Positions 11,161 to 20,520 of a DNA stretch of 64,000 nucleotides are shown here, in pieces. The position numbers and the translations under genes are program-made. Origin of the DNA: an uncultured Flavobacteriaceae bacterium (GTDB taxonomy: Bacteria > Bacteroidota > Bacteroidia > Flavobacteriales > Flavobacteriaceae); the NCBI GenBank assembly GCA_963762065.1, contig CAVXJE010000001.1, positions 92,191 to 156,190 of the forward strand. The letters are read 5' to 3'. Each line of letters begins with the position of its first letter. Positions within the stretch are counted from its first letter, which is position 1. The notes below the pieces were generated by a model. The model ran no database searches. It was not told where the DNA came from and saw nothing but the letters and a program-made list of their open reading frames with translations.

Positions 11161-11338
11161 ATGATCAATGATAAAATAACACTCGTGGGCATTCTTTTTG
11201 AGGATAAATCCTCCCATTTTCGGGAATCCGAATTGGCACCACCATTAATTTGTAAAGCCTACAATAGCAATTAGACCGATTATTTTTCAGTGTCCGGATT
11301 AGAAATACGTCCAGAAATTTGGGATGAAAAGGGAACTA
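11161..11338 (+). pseudogene. Truncated 5' remnant of a probable agmatinase/arginase (ureohydrolase) family gene
   Basis: Translates MINDKITLVGILFEDKSSHFRESELAPPLICKAYNSN*TDYFSVSGLEIRPEIWDEKG with an in-frame TAG at 11272-11274. Resembles the ureohydrolase N-terminus G(I/V)P(F/W)DxxSS…G…AP..IR (recognition, not searched). Confidence 0.55.
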
Positions 11339-11689
11339 ATCCTCAGGATGCATGAACTTTTGCTTTCCTAAAAGTTCTTCTTCTGTTTCAACATGATCTT
11401 CATCAGGCACACAGCAATCTACTGGGCATACTGCTGCACATTGTGGTTCGTCATGAAACCCCTTACATTCTGTACATTTATCCGCTACGATGTAGTAAAG
11501 TTCATCACTAACGGGTTCTTGTACTTCATCAGCATTAATAGCTTTCCCGTTTGGCAATACCACTCCCCCTTTTAAAGATGTACCGTCGCTATAACGCCAT
11601 TCATCCGCGCCTTCATAAATTGCAGTATTTGGGCATTCAGGTTCGCAAGCACCACAATTTATACATTCATCAGTTATTATAATTGCCAT
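11336..11689 (-). CDS. 2x[4Fe-4S] ferredoxin (YfhL-like)
   Basis: [12 protein letters not shown] and [22 protein letters not shown]. Confidence 0.93.
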   Translation of the reverse strand: MAIIITDECINCGACEPECPNTAIYEGADEWRYSDGTSLKGGVVLPNGKAINADEVQEPVSDELYYIVADKCTECKGFHDEPQCAAVCPVDCCVPDEDHVETEEELLGKQKFMHPED

Positions 11690-11732
11690 AATTTTCTTTT
11701 TCTTTTTAGCCGTGAACTTGTTACAGTATCCT

Positions 11733-11750
11733 TATTTTTGCCCAAAGTTA
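11733..11750. promoter_or_regulatory. Two opposed -7 elements: TATTTTTG (+, 11733-11740) and TAACTTTG (-, 11743-11750)
   Basis: Exact TAnnTTTG on both strands, 2 nt apart, in the 89-nt divergent intergenic region. Confidence 0.6.
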
Positions 11751-11778
11751 AACCCTTATATATTTCTGAACAAATATA

Positions 11779-12840
11779 ATGACAGACCAAAAGCAAAGAT
11801 TACTGGCTTTTATAGAACTCGGAAGTTTTTTCAGGGAGTATTGTGAAATATGCAAAAACGATCCATCCAGATCATCACAATCACATTGGCATAAGAATTT
11901 TGAAGACATCATAGAGTTGGCTGGTCATAAGAACGGCTGGTTCACCAAGGAAAACATACTTTTCGCAATTGAATGCTGGGGAGTACTGCTTACCAAGGAA
12001 AATCTGGAAAATTGGTTATCAGAATATCAATTGGAAGCTAACAAATATAAAACCGTGGCCCTAATCATGGCGGGAAACATACCGTTGGTTGGTTTTCATG
12101 ATTTCTTATCCGTAATGCTAAGTGGAAATAGGGCCTTAATTAAATTATCGTCCAACGATTCGGTATTATTTCCTTTTATTGTAAAGTATTTAATCAATGT
12201 TGAACCATCAATTAAAGATGGGATTTTAGTAACCGAGGGTAAACTTGAAAAATTCGATGCGGTTATTGCAACCGGGAGTAACAATACTTCGCGCTATTTT
12301 GAACATTATTTTGGACACAAGCCCAACATTATTCGCAAAAATAGAAATTCAATTGCCATTCTCACCGGAAATGAATCCAAAGAACAATTGAAAGCTTTAG
12401 GGGAAGATGTTTTTAGATATTATGGTCTTGGTTGCAGAAGTGTCTCTAAATTATTTGTTTCCAAAGATTATGATTTCGATTCTTTCTTTAAAGCCATTTA
12501 TGATTTTAATCCCATCATTCACCAGGCAAAATATGCAAATAACTATGACTACAATAAAGCCGTCTATTTAATGAGCGAATTCAAGCTATTGGATAACGGA
12601 TTTCTAATGCTCAAAAAAGATAAAAGCTATTCGTCCCCCATTGCTACGCTTTTCTATGAGGAATATGACTCATTGCACGAACTTAAGCGACGATTAAAAA
12701 CGGACGATGAAAAAATTCAATGTGTGGTGGCAGATGGGGTTTTTGAAAATGAAGTTAAATTTGGCCAAACACAAACGCCAAATCTAACCGATTATGCCGA
12801 TGGTTTGGATACTGTTGAATTCATGTTAAAAACAACATGA
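11779..12840 (+). CDS. Acyl-CoA reductase (LuxC-like, ALDH superfamily)
   Basis: IMAGNIPLVGFHD, VIATGSNN, GLGCRSV (catalytic Cys), FGQTQTP. Confidence 0.88.
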   Translation: MTDQKQRLLAFIELGSFFREYCEICKNDPSRSSQSHWHKNFEDIIELAGHKNGWFTKENILFAIECWGVLLTKENLENWLSEYQLEANKYKTVALIMAGNIPLVGFHDFLSVMLSGNRALIKLSSNDSVLFPFIVKYLINVEPSIKDGILVTEGKLEKFDAVIATGSNNTSRYFEHYFGHKPNIIRKNRNSIAILTGNESKEQLKALGEDVFRYYGLGCRSVSKLFVSKDYDFDSFFKAIYDFNPIIHQAKYANNYDYNKAVYLMSEFKLLDNGFLMLKKDKSYSSPIATLFYEEYDSLHELKRRLKTDDEKIQCVVADGVFENEVKFGQTQTPNLTDYADGLDTVEFMLKTT

Positions 12841-12910
12841 ATTAATACCACTTTCATTACAATTGTTACCTTAATTTTTATGACCTTTGCCATCTAAATT
12901 TCAATAAAAA

Positions 12911-13975
12911 ATGAAGAAGCATAATTTTAGTGCCGGTCCTTGTATCTTGCCCCAGGAAGTATTGTTAAAAGCCTCAGAGGCTGTGATGGATTTTAATGGA
13001 TCAGGACTCTCACTTATTGAAATTTCCCATAGAAGTAAGGATTTTGTGGATGTCATGGAAAAAGCCAGGACTTTGGCACTTGAACTTTTGGGCTTGGAAG
13101 GAAAAGGATACCAAGCCTTGTTTTTACAAGGAGGAGCAAGTCTAGAGTTTGTTATGGTAGCCTACAACCTTTTGGAGACTAAAGCGGGCTATCTGAATAC
13201 TGGAGCATGGAGTGATAAAGCCATCAAGGAAGCTAAGCTATTTGGGGAGGTGGTTGAAGTAGGTTCCTCTAAAGATGAAAATTATAATTATATACCTAAA
13301 GGTTATACAATTCCTAAAGGTCTTGACTATCTACATCTTACTTCAAATAATACGATTTTTGGTACCCAGATCAAAAAGTTCCCAAAGGTGGATACGACTT
13401 TGGTCTGTGATATGAGCTCCGATATATTTTCAAGACAAATGGACTTTTCCCAATTTGATTTGATTTATGCAGGTGCACAAAAGAATATGGGACCAGCGGG
13501 TACCACCCTTGTAGTGGTCAAAGAGGACGTATTGGGAAAAGTATCCCGTAAAATCCCATCAATGTTAGACTATAAGGTACATATTAGTAAGGATAGTATG
13601 TTCAATACCCCATCGGTATTTGCGGTTTACACCTCGATGCTGACGATGGAATGGCTGAAAAATTTGGGTGGTATCCCTGCAATTGAGGAAATAAACGATA
13701 AAAAAGCTCAATTGTTATATTCTGAAATAGATTTGAATCCTGTGTTTGATGGCTTTGCAAACATAGATGATCGATCTAACATGAATGCAACTTTTAACCT
13801 AACTGATTCTAAATTAAAAGACTCCTTCGATGCAATGTGGAAGGAAGCCGGCATCAATGGAATTAACGGACACCGCTCTGTGGGTGGTTATAGAGCCTCT
13901 ATGTACAACGCCCTTTCGTTGGAAAGTGTAGGCGTTTTGGTAGATGTTATGAGTGAAATGGAACGCAAGGGTTAA
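12911..13975 (+). CDS. serC: 3-phosphoserine aminotransferase
   Basis: HNFSAGP, CDMSSD, YAGAQKN (PLP Lys), GHRSVGGYRASMYNA. Confidence 0.97.
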   Translation: MKKHNFSAGPCILPQEVLLKASEAVMDFNGSGLSLIEISHRSKDFVDVMEKARTLALELLGLEGKGYQALFLQGGASLEFVMVAYNLLETKAGYLNTGAWSDKAIKEAKLFGEVVEVGSSKDENYNYIPKGYTIPKGLDYLHLTSNNTIFGTQIKKFPKVDTTLVCDMSSDIFSRQMDFSQFDLIYAGAQKNMGPAGTTLVVVKEDVLGKVSRKIPSMLDYKVHISKDSMFNTPSVFAVYTSMLTMEWLKNLGGIPAIEEINDKKAQLLYSEIDLNPVFDGFANIDDRSNMNATFNLTDSKLKDSFDAMWKEAGINGINGHRSVGGYRASMYNALSLESVGVLVDVMSEMERKG

Positions 13976-14059
13976 TGCTAATTGTTAAGACAAGCCAAAC
14001 GAACCTAAACAATTAAGCTATTTTACTTAGCATTTATAATTTAACATATAGCATTTATA

Positions 14060-15010
14060 ATGAAAATACTCGCAAACGACGGAATATCACAAACAGGAAT
14101 CAACGATCTTGAAGCTGCTGGTTTTGAGGTGAATACCACAACCGTTGCCCAAGAGCAATTAATCAACTATATAAATGAAAATAAAATCGACGGCCTTTTG
14201 GTTCGTAGTGCAACACAGGTTAGAAAAGATATAATTGACAATTGCCCATCTTTAAAACTTATTGGTCGTGGCGGTGTAGGTATGGATAATATTGATGTGT
14301 CCTACGCCAGGGAAAAAGGACTTCATGTTATCAATACACCTGCTGCATCTTCAGAATCAGTGGCAGAATTGGTTTTTGCCCATCTCTTCGGCGGTGTTCG
14401 CTTTTTATATGATGCCAATAGGAATATGCCTTTGGATGGTGATAGCAAATTCAAACAACTTAAAAAGTCGTATGCCAAGGGTTCAGAACTACGGGGTAAA
14501 ACTTTAGGGGTCATTGGTTTCGGAAGAATTGGCCAAGCTACTGCTAAAATAGCCTTGGGGATTGGTATGAAGGTGATTTATTTTGATCCCTTCATAGAAA
14601 GTGCGACAATTGAAGTTCCGTTCTTTGATGGACAATCAGTTAAAATAGACTTTAGTAGCATATCTAAAGAGGAAGTATTAAAAAATGCCGACTTTATAAC
14701 CTTACATGTTCCTGCCCAAAAGGGTTATGTAATTGGTAAAAAGGAATTTGAATCAATGAAAGATAGTGTCGGTTTAGTTAATGCTGCACGGGGTGGAGTT
14801 ATCGATGAAGTTGCATTGGTCGATGCATTGGAATCAGGCAAAGTATCTTTTGCAGGCCTTGATGTTTTCGAATCTGAGCCGCAGCCTGAAATTAAGATCC
14901 TTATGCATCCTAAAATTTCCTTGACTCCTCATATTGGAGCTGCGACCAGTGAAGCACAGGATAGAATAGGTAGTGAATTGGCATCCCAGATTATATCACT
15001 TTTGAAATAA
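14060..15010 (+). CDS. serA: D-3-phosphoglycerate dehydrogenase (short form)
   Basis: GRGGVGMDNID, GVIGFGRIG, NAARGG, TPHIGAAT; follows serC. Confidence 0.9.
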   Translation: MKILANDGISQTGINDLEAAGFEVNTTTVAQEQLINYINENKIDGLLVRSATQVRKDIIDNCPSLKLIGRGGVGMDNIDVSYAREKGLHVINTPAASSESVAELVFAHLFGGVRFLYDANRNMPLDGDSKFKQLKKSYAKGSELRGKTLGVIGFGRIGQATAKIALGIGMKVIYFDPFIESATIEVPFFDGQSVKIDFSSISKEEVLKNADFITLHVPAQKGYVIGKKEFESMKDSVGLVNAARGGVIDEVALVDALESGKVSFAGLDVFESEPQPEIKILMHPKISLTPHIGAATSEAQDRIGSELASQIISLLK

Positions 15011-15085
15011 TATTGCATTAACCTTGCTCAAAATTTTGGAACCAATTTTGTACATTACAAGACTTAACATTAAATTAACTATAAA

Positions 15086-15721
15086 ATGTCTGGATTATTA
15101 GATTTACTAAACAGCCCAATGGGCAAACAACTTATTAGCGGTGTCGCAGGCCAAACAGGGCAACCTGAAAACAAAACTGCCGATGTACTTAGTATGGCTA
15201 TGCCTTTATTATTAGGTGCGATGAAAAAAAATGTGTCTTCTTCCCCTCAAGGGGCACAGGGACTAATGAATGCCCTGTCTTCCAAACATAACGGAAGCAT
15301 TTTAGATGATTTAGGAGGATTGTTCGGCGGCGGTGTAAATGAATCTGTCATGAGTGACGGCGCAGGAATTTTAGGCCATGTTTTTGGTGGTAAACAACCT
15401 CAAGTTGAAAATGCATTGAGTCAAAAATCAGGAATGGATGCAGCTTCAATAGCAAGCATCCTTAAAATTGCGGCCCCAATCGTAATGGGCTTTATTGGTA
15501 AACAAACAGCTCAAAACAAGGTAAGTGATGCCAACGGTCTTAATAGTATGCTTGGAGGTTTATTAGGAGGACAACCACAACAAAACCAAAGCTTGATTAC
15601 TACACTTTTAGATGCCGATGGCGATGGAAGTATTTTGGATGACGTAGCTGGTATGGTTATGGGAGGTGGCAAAAAGAAAGGCGGTCTAGGAGGATTACTT
15701 GGAGGTCTTTTTGGAAAATAA
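15086..15721 (+). CDS. DUF937 family protein
   Basis: Gly/Leu-rich helical repeats; LLDADGDGSILDD EF-hand-like motif; GGLGGLLGGLFGK tail. Confidence 0.8.
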   Translation: MSGLLDLLNSPMGKQLISGVAGQTGQPENKTADVLSMAMPLLLGAMKKNVSSSPQGAQGLMNALSSKHNGSILDDLGGLFGGGVNESVMSDGAGILGHVFGGKQPQVENALSQKSGMDAASIASILKIAAPIVMGFIGKQTAQNKVSDANGLNSMLGGLLGGQPQQNQSLITTLLDADGDGSILDDVAGMVMGGGKKKGGLGGLLGGLFGK

Positions 15722-15744
15722 CCCAATTTTATAGCATTATTAAC

Positions 15745-15776
15745 AAAGGCCATTTGAAAATTCAAATGGCTTTTTT
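15745..15776 (+). terminator. Intrinsic terminator
   Basis: GCCATTTGAA-aa-TTCAAATGGC stem followed by TTTTTT. Confidence 0.85.
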
Positions 15777-15861
15777 GTACCTTTCTTTAGGAATATGTTA
15801 TAATTTCAAATTAAATCAACTGATTAAAGGATATCATACATCCTTTAAAAAATTAATGTAA

Positions 15862-16320
15862 ATGAAAAGGTTTGTTTTAAAAACAAGTGGGTTATTGTTG
15901 GTGCTTGCCCTCATAGTTGGTAGCTGTGGAAGCTCCAAAGAAGCAGTCAACATTTCCGATGAAGAAAAAATGGCCTTCAACCAAAAGGAAAAGGATACAA
16001 TATCAATCGCTAACGAAGAAGTTGAATATGAAATAATAATAATCGAACCTGGTTTTAATTTTTGGTTGCAAAGCATTGCAAAACCAAAAGGATTTTATTC
16101 ACAATCTTTTTTAGAGAATAGAAATCAGCTATACGTTATTCAATGGAATCAGCGTGTAATGCAACCGCTAAGGTACAACCCCAATTTATACGAATTACAG
16201 ATAGATTATTCACCAAACATAGATTATGGTTATGAAGTAAATTACAAACTTTACAACTATTTCATTTACTTTCAACGCAAATACAATCAAAGATTAGGAC
16301 CTTTTGTCCCTCGAATTTAA
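15862..16320 (+). CDS. Conserved flavobacterial lipoprotein (DUF6146-like)
   Basis: Lipobox IVGSC; EYEIIIIEPGF and YGYEVNYKLYNYFIYFQ motifs. Confidence 0.75.
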   Translation: MKRFVLKTSGLLLVLALIVGSCGSSKEAVNISDEEKMAFNQKEKDTISIANEEVEYEIIIIEPGFNFWLQSIAKPKGFYSQSFLENRNQLYVIQWNQRVMQPLRYNPNLYELQIDYSPNIDYGYEVNYKLYNYFIYFQRKYNQRLGPFVPRI

Positions 16321-16324
16321 AAAG

Positions 16325-16332
16325 TATATTTG
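16325..16332 (+). promoter_or_regulatory. -7 promoter element (TATATTTG)
   Basis: Exact TAnnTTTG 20 nt upstream of the ATG at 16352. Confidence 0.55.
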
Positions 16333-16351
16333 TCCCAGATTAAATTGTGAT

Positions 16352-16654
16352 ATGGAGAAATTAAAGCAAAGATGGGGCATTGATTCGAATTTTCAAATTA
16401 TTGTCATTTGTATTGTTTTTGCCGTGACAGGATCAGCTGCCACAAAATTGGCACAGCCATTAACAGAATTTATCGGTTTAGGAAAGGAAACTACAAATGC
16501 TTGGATTTATTGGACTGTCAGAATCTTACTTATTTTCCCTATTTATCAGGTTTTACTGGTTGCTTTCGGTTGGCTTTTTGGTCAGTTTAAATTCTTTTGG
16601 AACTTTGAAAAGAAAATGTTGAACAGAATAGGCTTGGGGTTCCTTATTAAATAG
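16352..16654 (+). CDS. Small membrane protein (DUF6787-like)
   Basis: MEKLKQRWGI…IFPIYQVLLVAFGWLFGQFKFFWNFEKKM; start chosen downstream of the promoter box. Confidence 0.75.
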   Translation: MEKLKQRWGIDSNFQIIVICIVFAVTGSAATKLAQPLTEFIGLGKETTNAWIYWTVRILLIFPIYQVLLVAFGWLFGQFKFFWNFEKKMLNRIGLGFLIK

Positions 16655-16707
16655 AATTAATCTTTTTTCAACTTCCCCTTTACTCCTTTATTGCCTAACT
16701 TTATGGT

Positions 16708-17040
16708 ATGGGACATTTTGAGCTTCAAATTCGGAATTCCATGGTTTCACTACTTCTGGTGGTCTTTATTCTAGCCCCATCAATAGTTAAATTTTCGCAT
16801 GCCATAAATGAACATGAGCTGTTGGAATGTAAGGAAATTGGAAAATTGCATTTTCATAAAATAGAGATGGATTGTGATTTTCAAAAATTCAATCTTTCGC
16901 CTGTAATATATCCGCCCTTAGTAGTATTTCCAGAATATTTTTCAGTTAGCATATTAAAAAACCATTTCTCCCATTATTCTTTTTTAAGCAATTACCAAAA
17001 TCTACATTTTGCATTAAGAGGCCCTCCCTTTATTTCATAG
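16708..17040 (+). CDS. Small membrane-anchored His/Cys protein ending in LRGPP; candidate arrest/leader peptide of the TonB receptor
   Basis: N-terminal hydrophobic helix; H/C cluster (HAINEHELLEC…HFH…CDF); RGPP at 17017-17028; stop 44 nt before the receptor ATG. Confidence 0.7.
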   Translation: MGHFELQIRNSMVSLLLVVFILAPSIVKFSHAINEHELLECKEIGKLHFHKIEMDCDFQKFNLSPVIYPPLVVFPEYFSVSILKNHFSHYSFLSNYQNLHFALRGPPFIS

Positions 17041-17084
17041 ATTATTCGATTAAAAAGAATCGGTAACTTTTAATTCAAAATGTA

Positions 17085-19304
17085 ATGAAATATTTATTTC
17101 TATTTATAATTTTTGCAATGTCCTATAATTGGGGCTTTGCACAAAATATAGTTTCAGGGACAATCACCAATAAAGAAGACAACCTTCCCATTGAGCAGGC
17201 TACCGTTTATTTTCCAGACTTGGAAATGGGCACAACTACTGATTACAATGGCTATTATGAATTAAATGATGTGCCTATTGGAAGTTTTGAAATGATAATA
17301 TCCAATATAGGATTTGAAACCTATTCAAAAAACTTAAATGTTTTATCGGGCAACAATACTTTTAATATAAGCCTTTCATCCACTGCTATAGAAATGGAGG
17401 AAGTTATTGTTTCCACCCCCTTTCACAAACTACAAAGTGAAAACGTCATGAAAGTAGAGCGTGAAAGCATGCAAGAACTTAGTGCCAATGGGGCGATAAC
17501 CCTTTCAGACGGTATTACAAAAATTGCAGGTGTTGAGAGTGTTTCTACCGGTGTTGGAATTGGCAAACCGGTAATCCGAGGGCTAAGTGCTAATAGGGTC
17601 TTGGTGTATACCCAAGGAGTACGTTTGGAAAATCAACAATTTGGGGATGAACATGGCCTCGGAATCAATGATGCAGGTTTGGAAAGTGTAGAGGTTATAA
17701 AAGGTCCCGCTTCCCTACTCTACGGCTCGGATGCTATGGGTGGTGTTCTTTATTTCAATCCTGAGAAATTCGCAATTCCGAATGAAACTGAAGGGGATGT
17801 AAACCTTAATTATTTTACCAATACCAATGGTCTTGGGTTCAATATAGGTGTAAAAACATCCAGTGAAAAACTAAAATTCCTGTTGCGTGGAAGCCATGCT
17901 TCACATATAGACTATAAAACAGGTGATGACGTACGTTTAACCAATTCCCGATTTAATGTATCTGATCTAAAAACGGGTTTGGGCTATCAATCAACATCAT
18001 TCAAAACTGAGTTACGATACAATTATAATCTATCAGAAATAGGTATTCCTGAAGAAATTGGTGAGCAGTCCAAAAGTCGTTCCCCACAACTGCCAAGTCA
18101 ACAAATAGGTAATCATATCCTTAGCAGCAAGACCAAAATTTTCTTTGATAAAACAAGTTTAGAGGCAACATTGGGCTATACTTTCAACAATCGGAAAGAA
18201 TTTGAGGATGACGAGGATATTGCCGCCCTGGAAATGCATTTGTCAACCTTAAATTACAATCTAAACTTTGAAATGCCCAAATGGGGAAATTTAGAGACCA
18301 TTATAGGGATTCAAGGAATGCATCAGACCAATAGAAACTACGGTGAAGAACAATTAATTCCTAACGCTAACACCAACGATATCGGGGTTTTAGCTACATC
18401 CCATATGCATTTTGAAAACAAAAGCGATCTTCAAATGGGGCTTCGATTTGACCATAGAAATATAAATGGTGAATTCAATAATAGACCTCCGGAGGATAGT
18501 TTCTATGAAAATTTTGACCGGGACTTTAATAGCTTCAATGCTGCACTAGGTTATAAATTTGAATTATTTAATAATACTGTAGCCAGAATTAATATGGCCA
18601 CTGGGTTTCGTGCACCCAACTTGGCTGAATTGACCTCACTTGGAGTCCATGAAGGCACCAATCGATATGAAATTGGGAAAATTGATTTAGATAATGAACA
18701 AAATTTTCAAACGGATATTTCATTGGAATATAAGGACGATCATCTTGAATTTTTCATAAACGGTTTTCACAACTCAATTACCGATTACATATTTATTGAA
18801 CCTACAGGTTTGAGTATAGGTGAGGATGAGGTATTTGAATATCGACAACAAAACGCTAAATTATTCGGTGGCGAAATTGGTTTTCACCTACACCCACATC
18901 CATTGGATTGGTTACATTTTGAGAGTAGTTTTGAAACGGTCATCGGAAAGCTGGAAAGTGATGAATACCTACCTCTTATTCCTGCCAACAACCTAACCAA
19001 TACCGTTCGGATTGAAGGAAAGGATACAACAAAATGGTTGAGGAACAAATACGCTTTTATTACCTTAAAATCGGTTTTCAATCAAAATAAGGTTGGTGGA
19101 TTCGAAGACCCTTCCGACGGATATAATTTGCTTAATCTTGGTATTGGTGCAAATATTTCTGCTTTTAACACACTTATAGAAGTTCGTGTGAGTGGTCAAA
19201 ATATAATGGATAAAGCTTATATTTCACATTTATCTCGTTTAAAAAATGATGGAATAGCAAATATTGGAAGAAATATTTCCCTTGCCGTAGGCATTCCATT
19301 ATGA
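17085..19304 (+). CDS. TonB-dependent receptor, probable metal/nutrient uptake
   Basis: Signal peptide; KPVIRGLS; ENQQFGDEHG plug; EVIKGPASLLYGSDAMGGV; GFRAPNLAEL. Confidence 0.93.
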   Translation: MKYLFLFIIFAMSYNWGFAQNIVSGTITNKEDNLPIEQATVYFPDLEMGTTTDYNGYYELNDVPIGSFEMIISNIGFETYSKNLNVLSGNNTFNISLSSTAIEMEEVIVSTPFHKLQSENVMKVERESMQELSANGAITLSDGITKIAGVESVSTGVGIGKPVIRGLSANRVLVYTQGVRLENQQFGDEHGLGINDAGLESVEVIKGPASLLYGSDAMGGVLYFNPEKFAIPNETEGDVNLNYFTNTNGLGFNIGVKTSSEKLKFLLRGSHASHIDYKTGDDVRLTNSRFNVSDLKTGLGYQSTSFKTELRYNYNLSEIGIPEEIGEQSKSRSPQLPSQQIGNHILSSKTKIFFDKTSLEATLGYTFNNRKEFEDDEDIAALEMHLSTLNYNLNFEMPKWGNLETIIGIQGMHQTNRNYGEEQLIPNANTNDIGVLATSHMHFENKSDLQMGLRFDHRNINGEFNNRPPEDSFYENFDRDFNSFNAALGYKFELFNNTVARINMATGFRAPNLAELTSLGVHEGTNRYEIGKIDLDNEQNFQTDISLEYKDDHLEFFINGFHNSITDYIFIEPTGLSIGEDEVFEYRQQNAKLFGGEIGFHLHPHPLDWLHFESSFETVIGKLESDEYLPLIPANNLTNTVRIEGKDTTKWLRNKYAFITLKSVFNQNKVGGFEDPSDGYNLLNLGIGANISAFNTLIEVRVSGQNIMDKAYISHLSRLKNDGIANIGRNISLAVGIPL

Positions 19305-19338
19305 AAATACCCTTGGGAATGGTAATTGGAATAATCAC

Positions 19339-19647
19339 CTAGTCTGCATCAATTTCAATTATTTTTCCTTTTTTTGAACTTTTGATAATGTAGGTGTAAA
19401 TCCACATAATAGTGAATGTCGGAACCACGTCCAAACCTGGGATTATTTCTTCAATAAAAGTAAAAACACCAGCAGCCTGACCTACTTTGCCCTTGTAGAG
19501 TCGAGTCATTAACCAGCCAGCCAAGGGAGCCCAAATAATGTCCGAAAAATCGCCAATAAAGGGTACAACGAATGAAAGCATACCAATACCATCGAATAAT
19601 AATCCCAATGCAAGGTTTTGGTACTTTTTATCTTTGTTTTTAGACAT
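19339..19647 (-). CDS. Conserved small membrane protein, hypothetical
   Basis: 102 aa with hydrophobic hairpins; DIIWAP and EEIIPGLDVVPTFT motifs. Confidence 0.75.
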   Translation of the reverse strand: MSKNKDKKYQNLALGLLFDGIGMLSFVVPFIGDFSDIIWAPLAGWLMTRLYKGKVGQAAGVFTFIEEIIPGLDVVPTFTIMWIYTYIIKSSKKGKIIEIDAD

Positions 19648-19720
19648 ATTTAAATATAAGGATTCACATTTTTAGCACAACAATAAGGGTGCCAAATTCA
19701 GAACCTTAAAACAGTTCATA

Positions 19721-20329
19721 TTATGAAAGATTTGAACTGATTAATTTTAAAAATTCGTTGCGGGTCTCTTCTTTCACAAAACTTCCCCTAAATCCTGAGG
19801 TTGTGGTGACCGAATTTTGTTTTTGTACCCCACGCATCATCATACACATGTGGGCCGCTTCTATAACAACTGCAACCCCTTGAGGTTTCAAGGTGTCATT
19901 GATACAATCTAGGATTTGTTCGGTCAATCGCTCTTGAACTTGCAATCTACGGGCAAAAACATCAACAATCCGAGGCAATTTACTTAAACCAACAATCTGA
20001 CCATTCGGAATATATGCAATATGCGCCTTTCCAAAAAAAGGTAACATATGATGCTCACAAAGGGAATAAAGTTCAATGTCCTTTACAATGACCATTTCAT
20101 TATAAGATTCCTTGAACATTGCGCTTTTCAAAATGCTTGCAGCATCTTGTTGATATCCCTGTGTTAAAAACATCATAGCTTTTGCAGCACGCTCAGGGGT
20201 CTTTGCAAGACCTTCGCGAGAAATATCCTCTCCAATTTCCTCTATGATTTTTGAATACCTTTCCTTTACATCATTTGTGATTTCCAGATTATATTCTTCA
20301 AGACTTCTGTATGCTTTATTTTTTTTCAT
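19721..20329 (-). CDS. folE: GTP cyclohydrolase I
   Basis: [35 protein letters not shown]. Confidence 0.97.
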   Translation of the reverse strand: MKKNKAYRSLEEYNLEITNDVKERYSKIIEEIGEDISREGLAKTPERAAKAMMFLTQGYQQDAASILKSAMFKESYNEMVIVKDIELYSLCEHHMLPFFGKAHIAYIPNGQIVGLSKLPRIVDVFARRLQVQERLTEQILDCINDTLKPQGVAVVIEAAHMCMMMRGVQKQNSVTTTSGFRGSFVKEETRNEFLKLISSNLS

Positions 20330-20520
20330 GTTATTAGGTGTGATTTTCCTTTTTAAAGTAACTATTTAAATATAGTCTGTCTTTTTTAATGAAAATTACA
20401 GCACGACAATTTAACGTTTATATTGTTAAAATAAAACAGCTTTCAAGCATTGTTATAGGCAAGCTGGTTTTGGTATGTCTGCGCTATTGTTTAATTTTCA
20501 CATCGAAATAGAAAAAGGGA

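Noticed and set aside
8410-19304. Polysaccharide utilisation locus around either TonB receptor
   Set aside because: There is no SusD partner, glycoside hydrolase or HTCS/ECF regulator adjacent.
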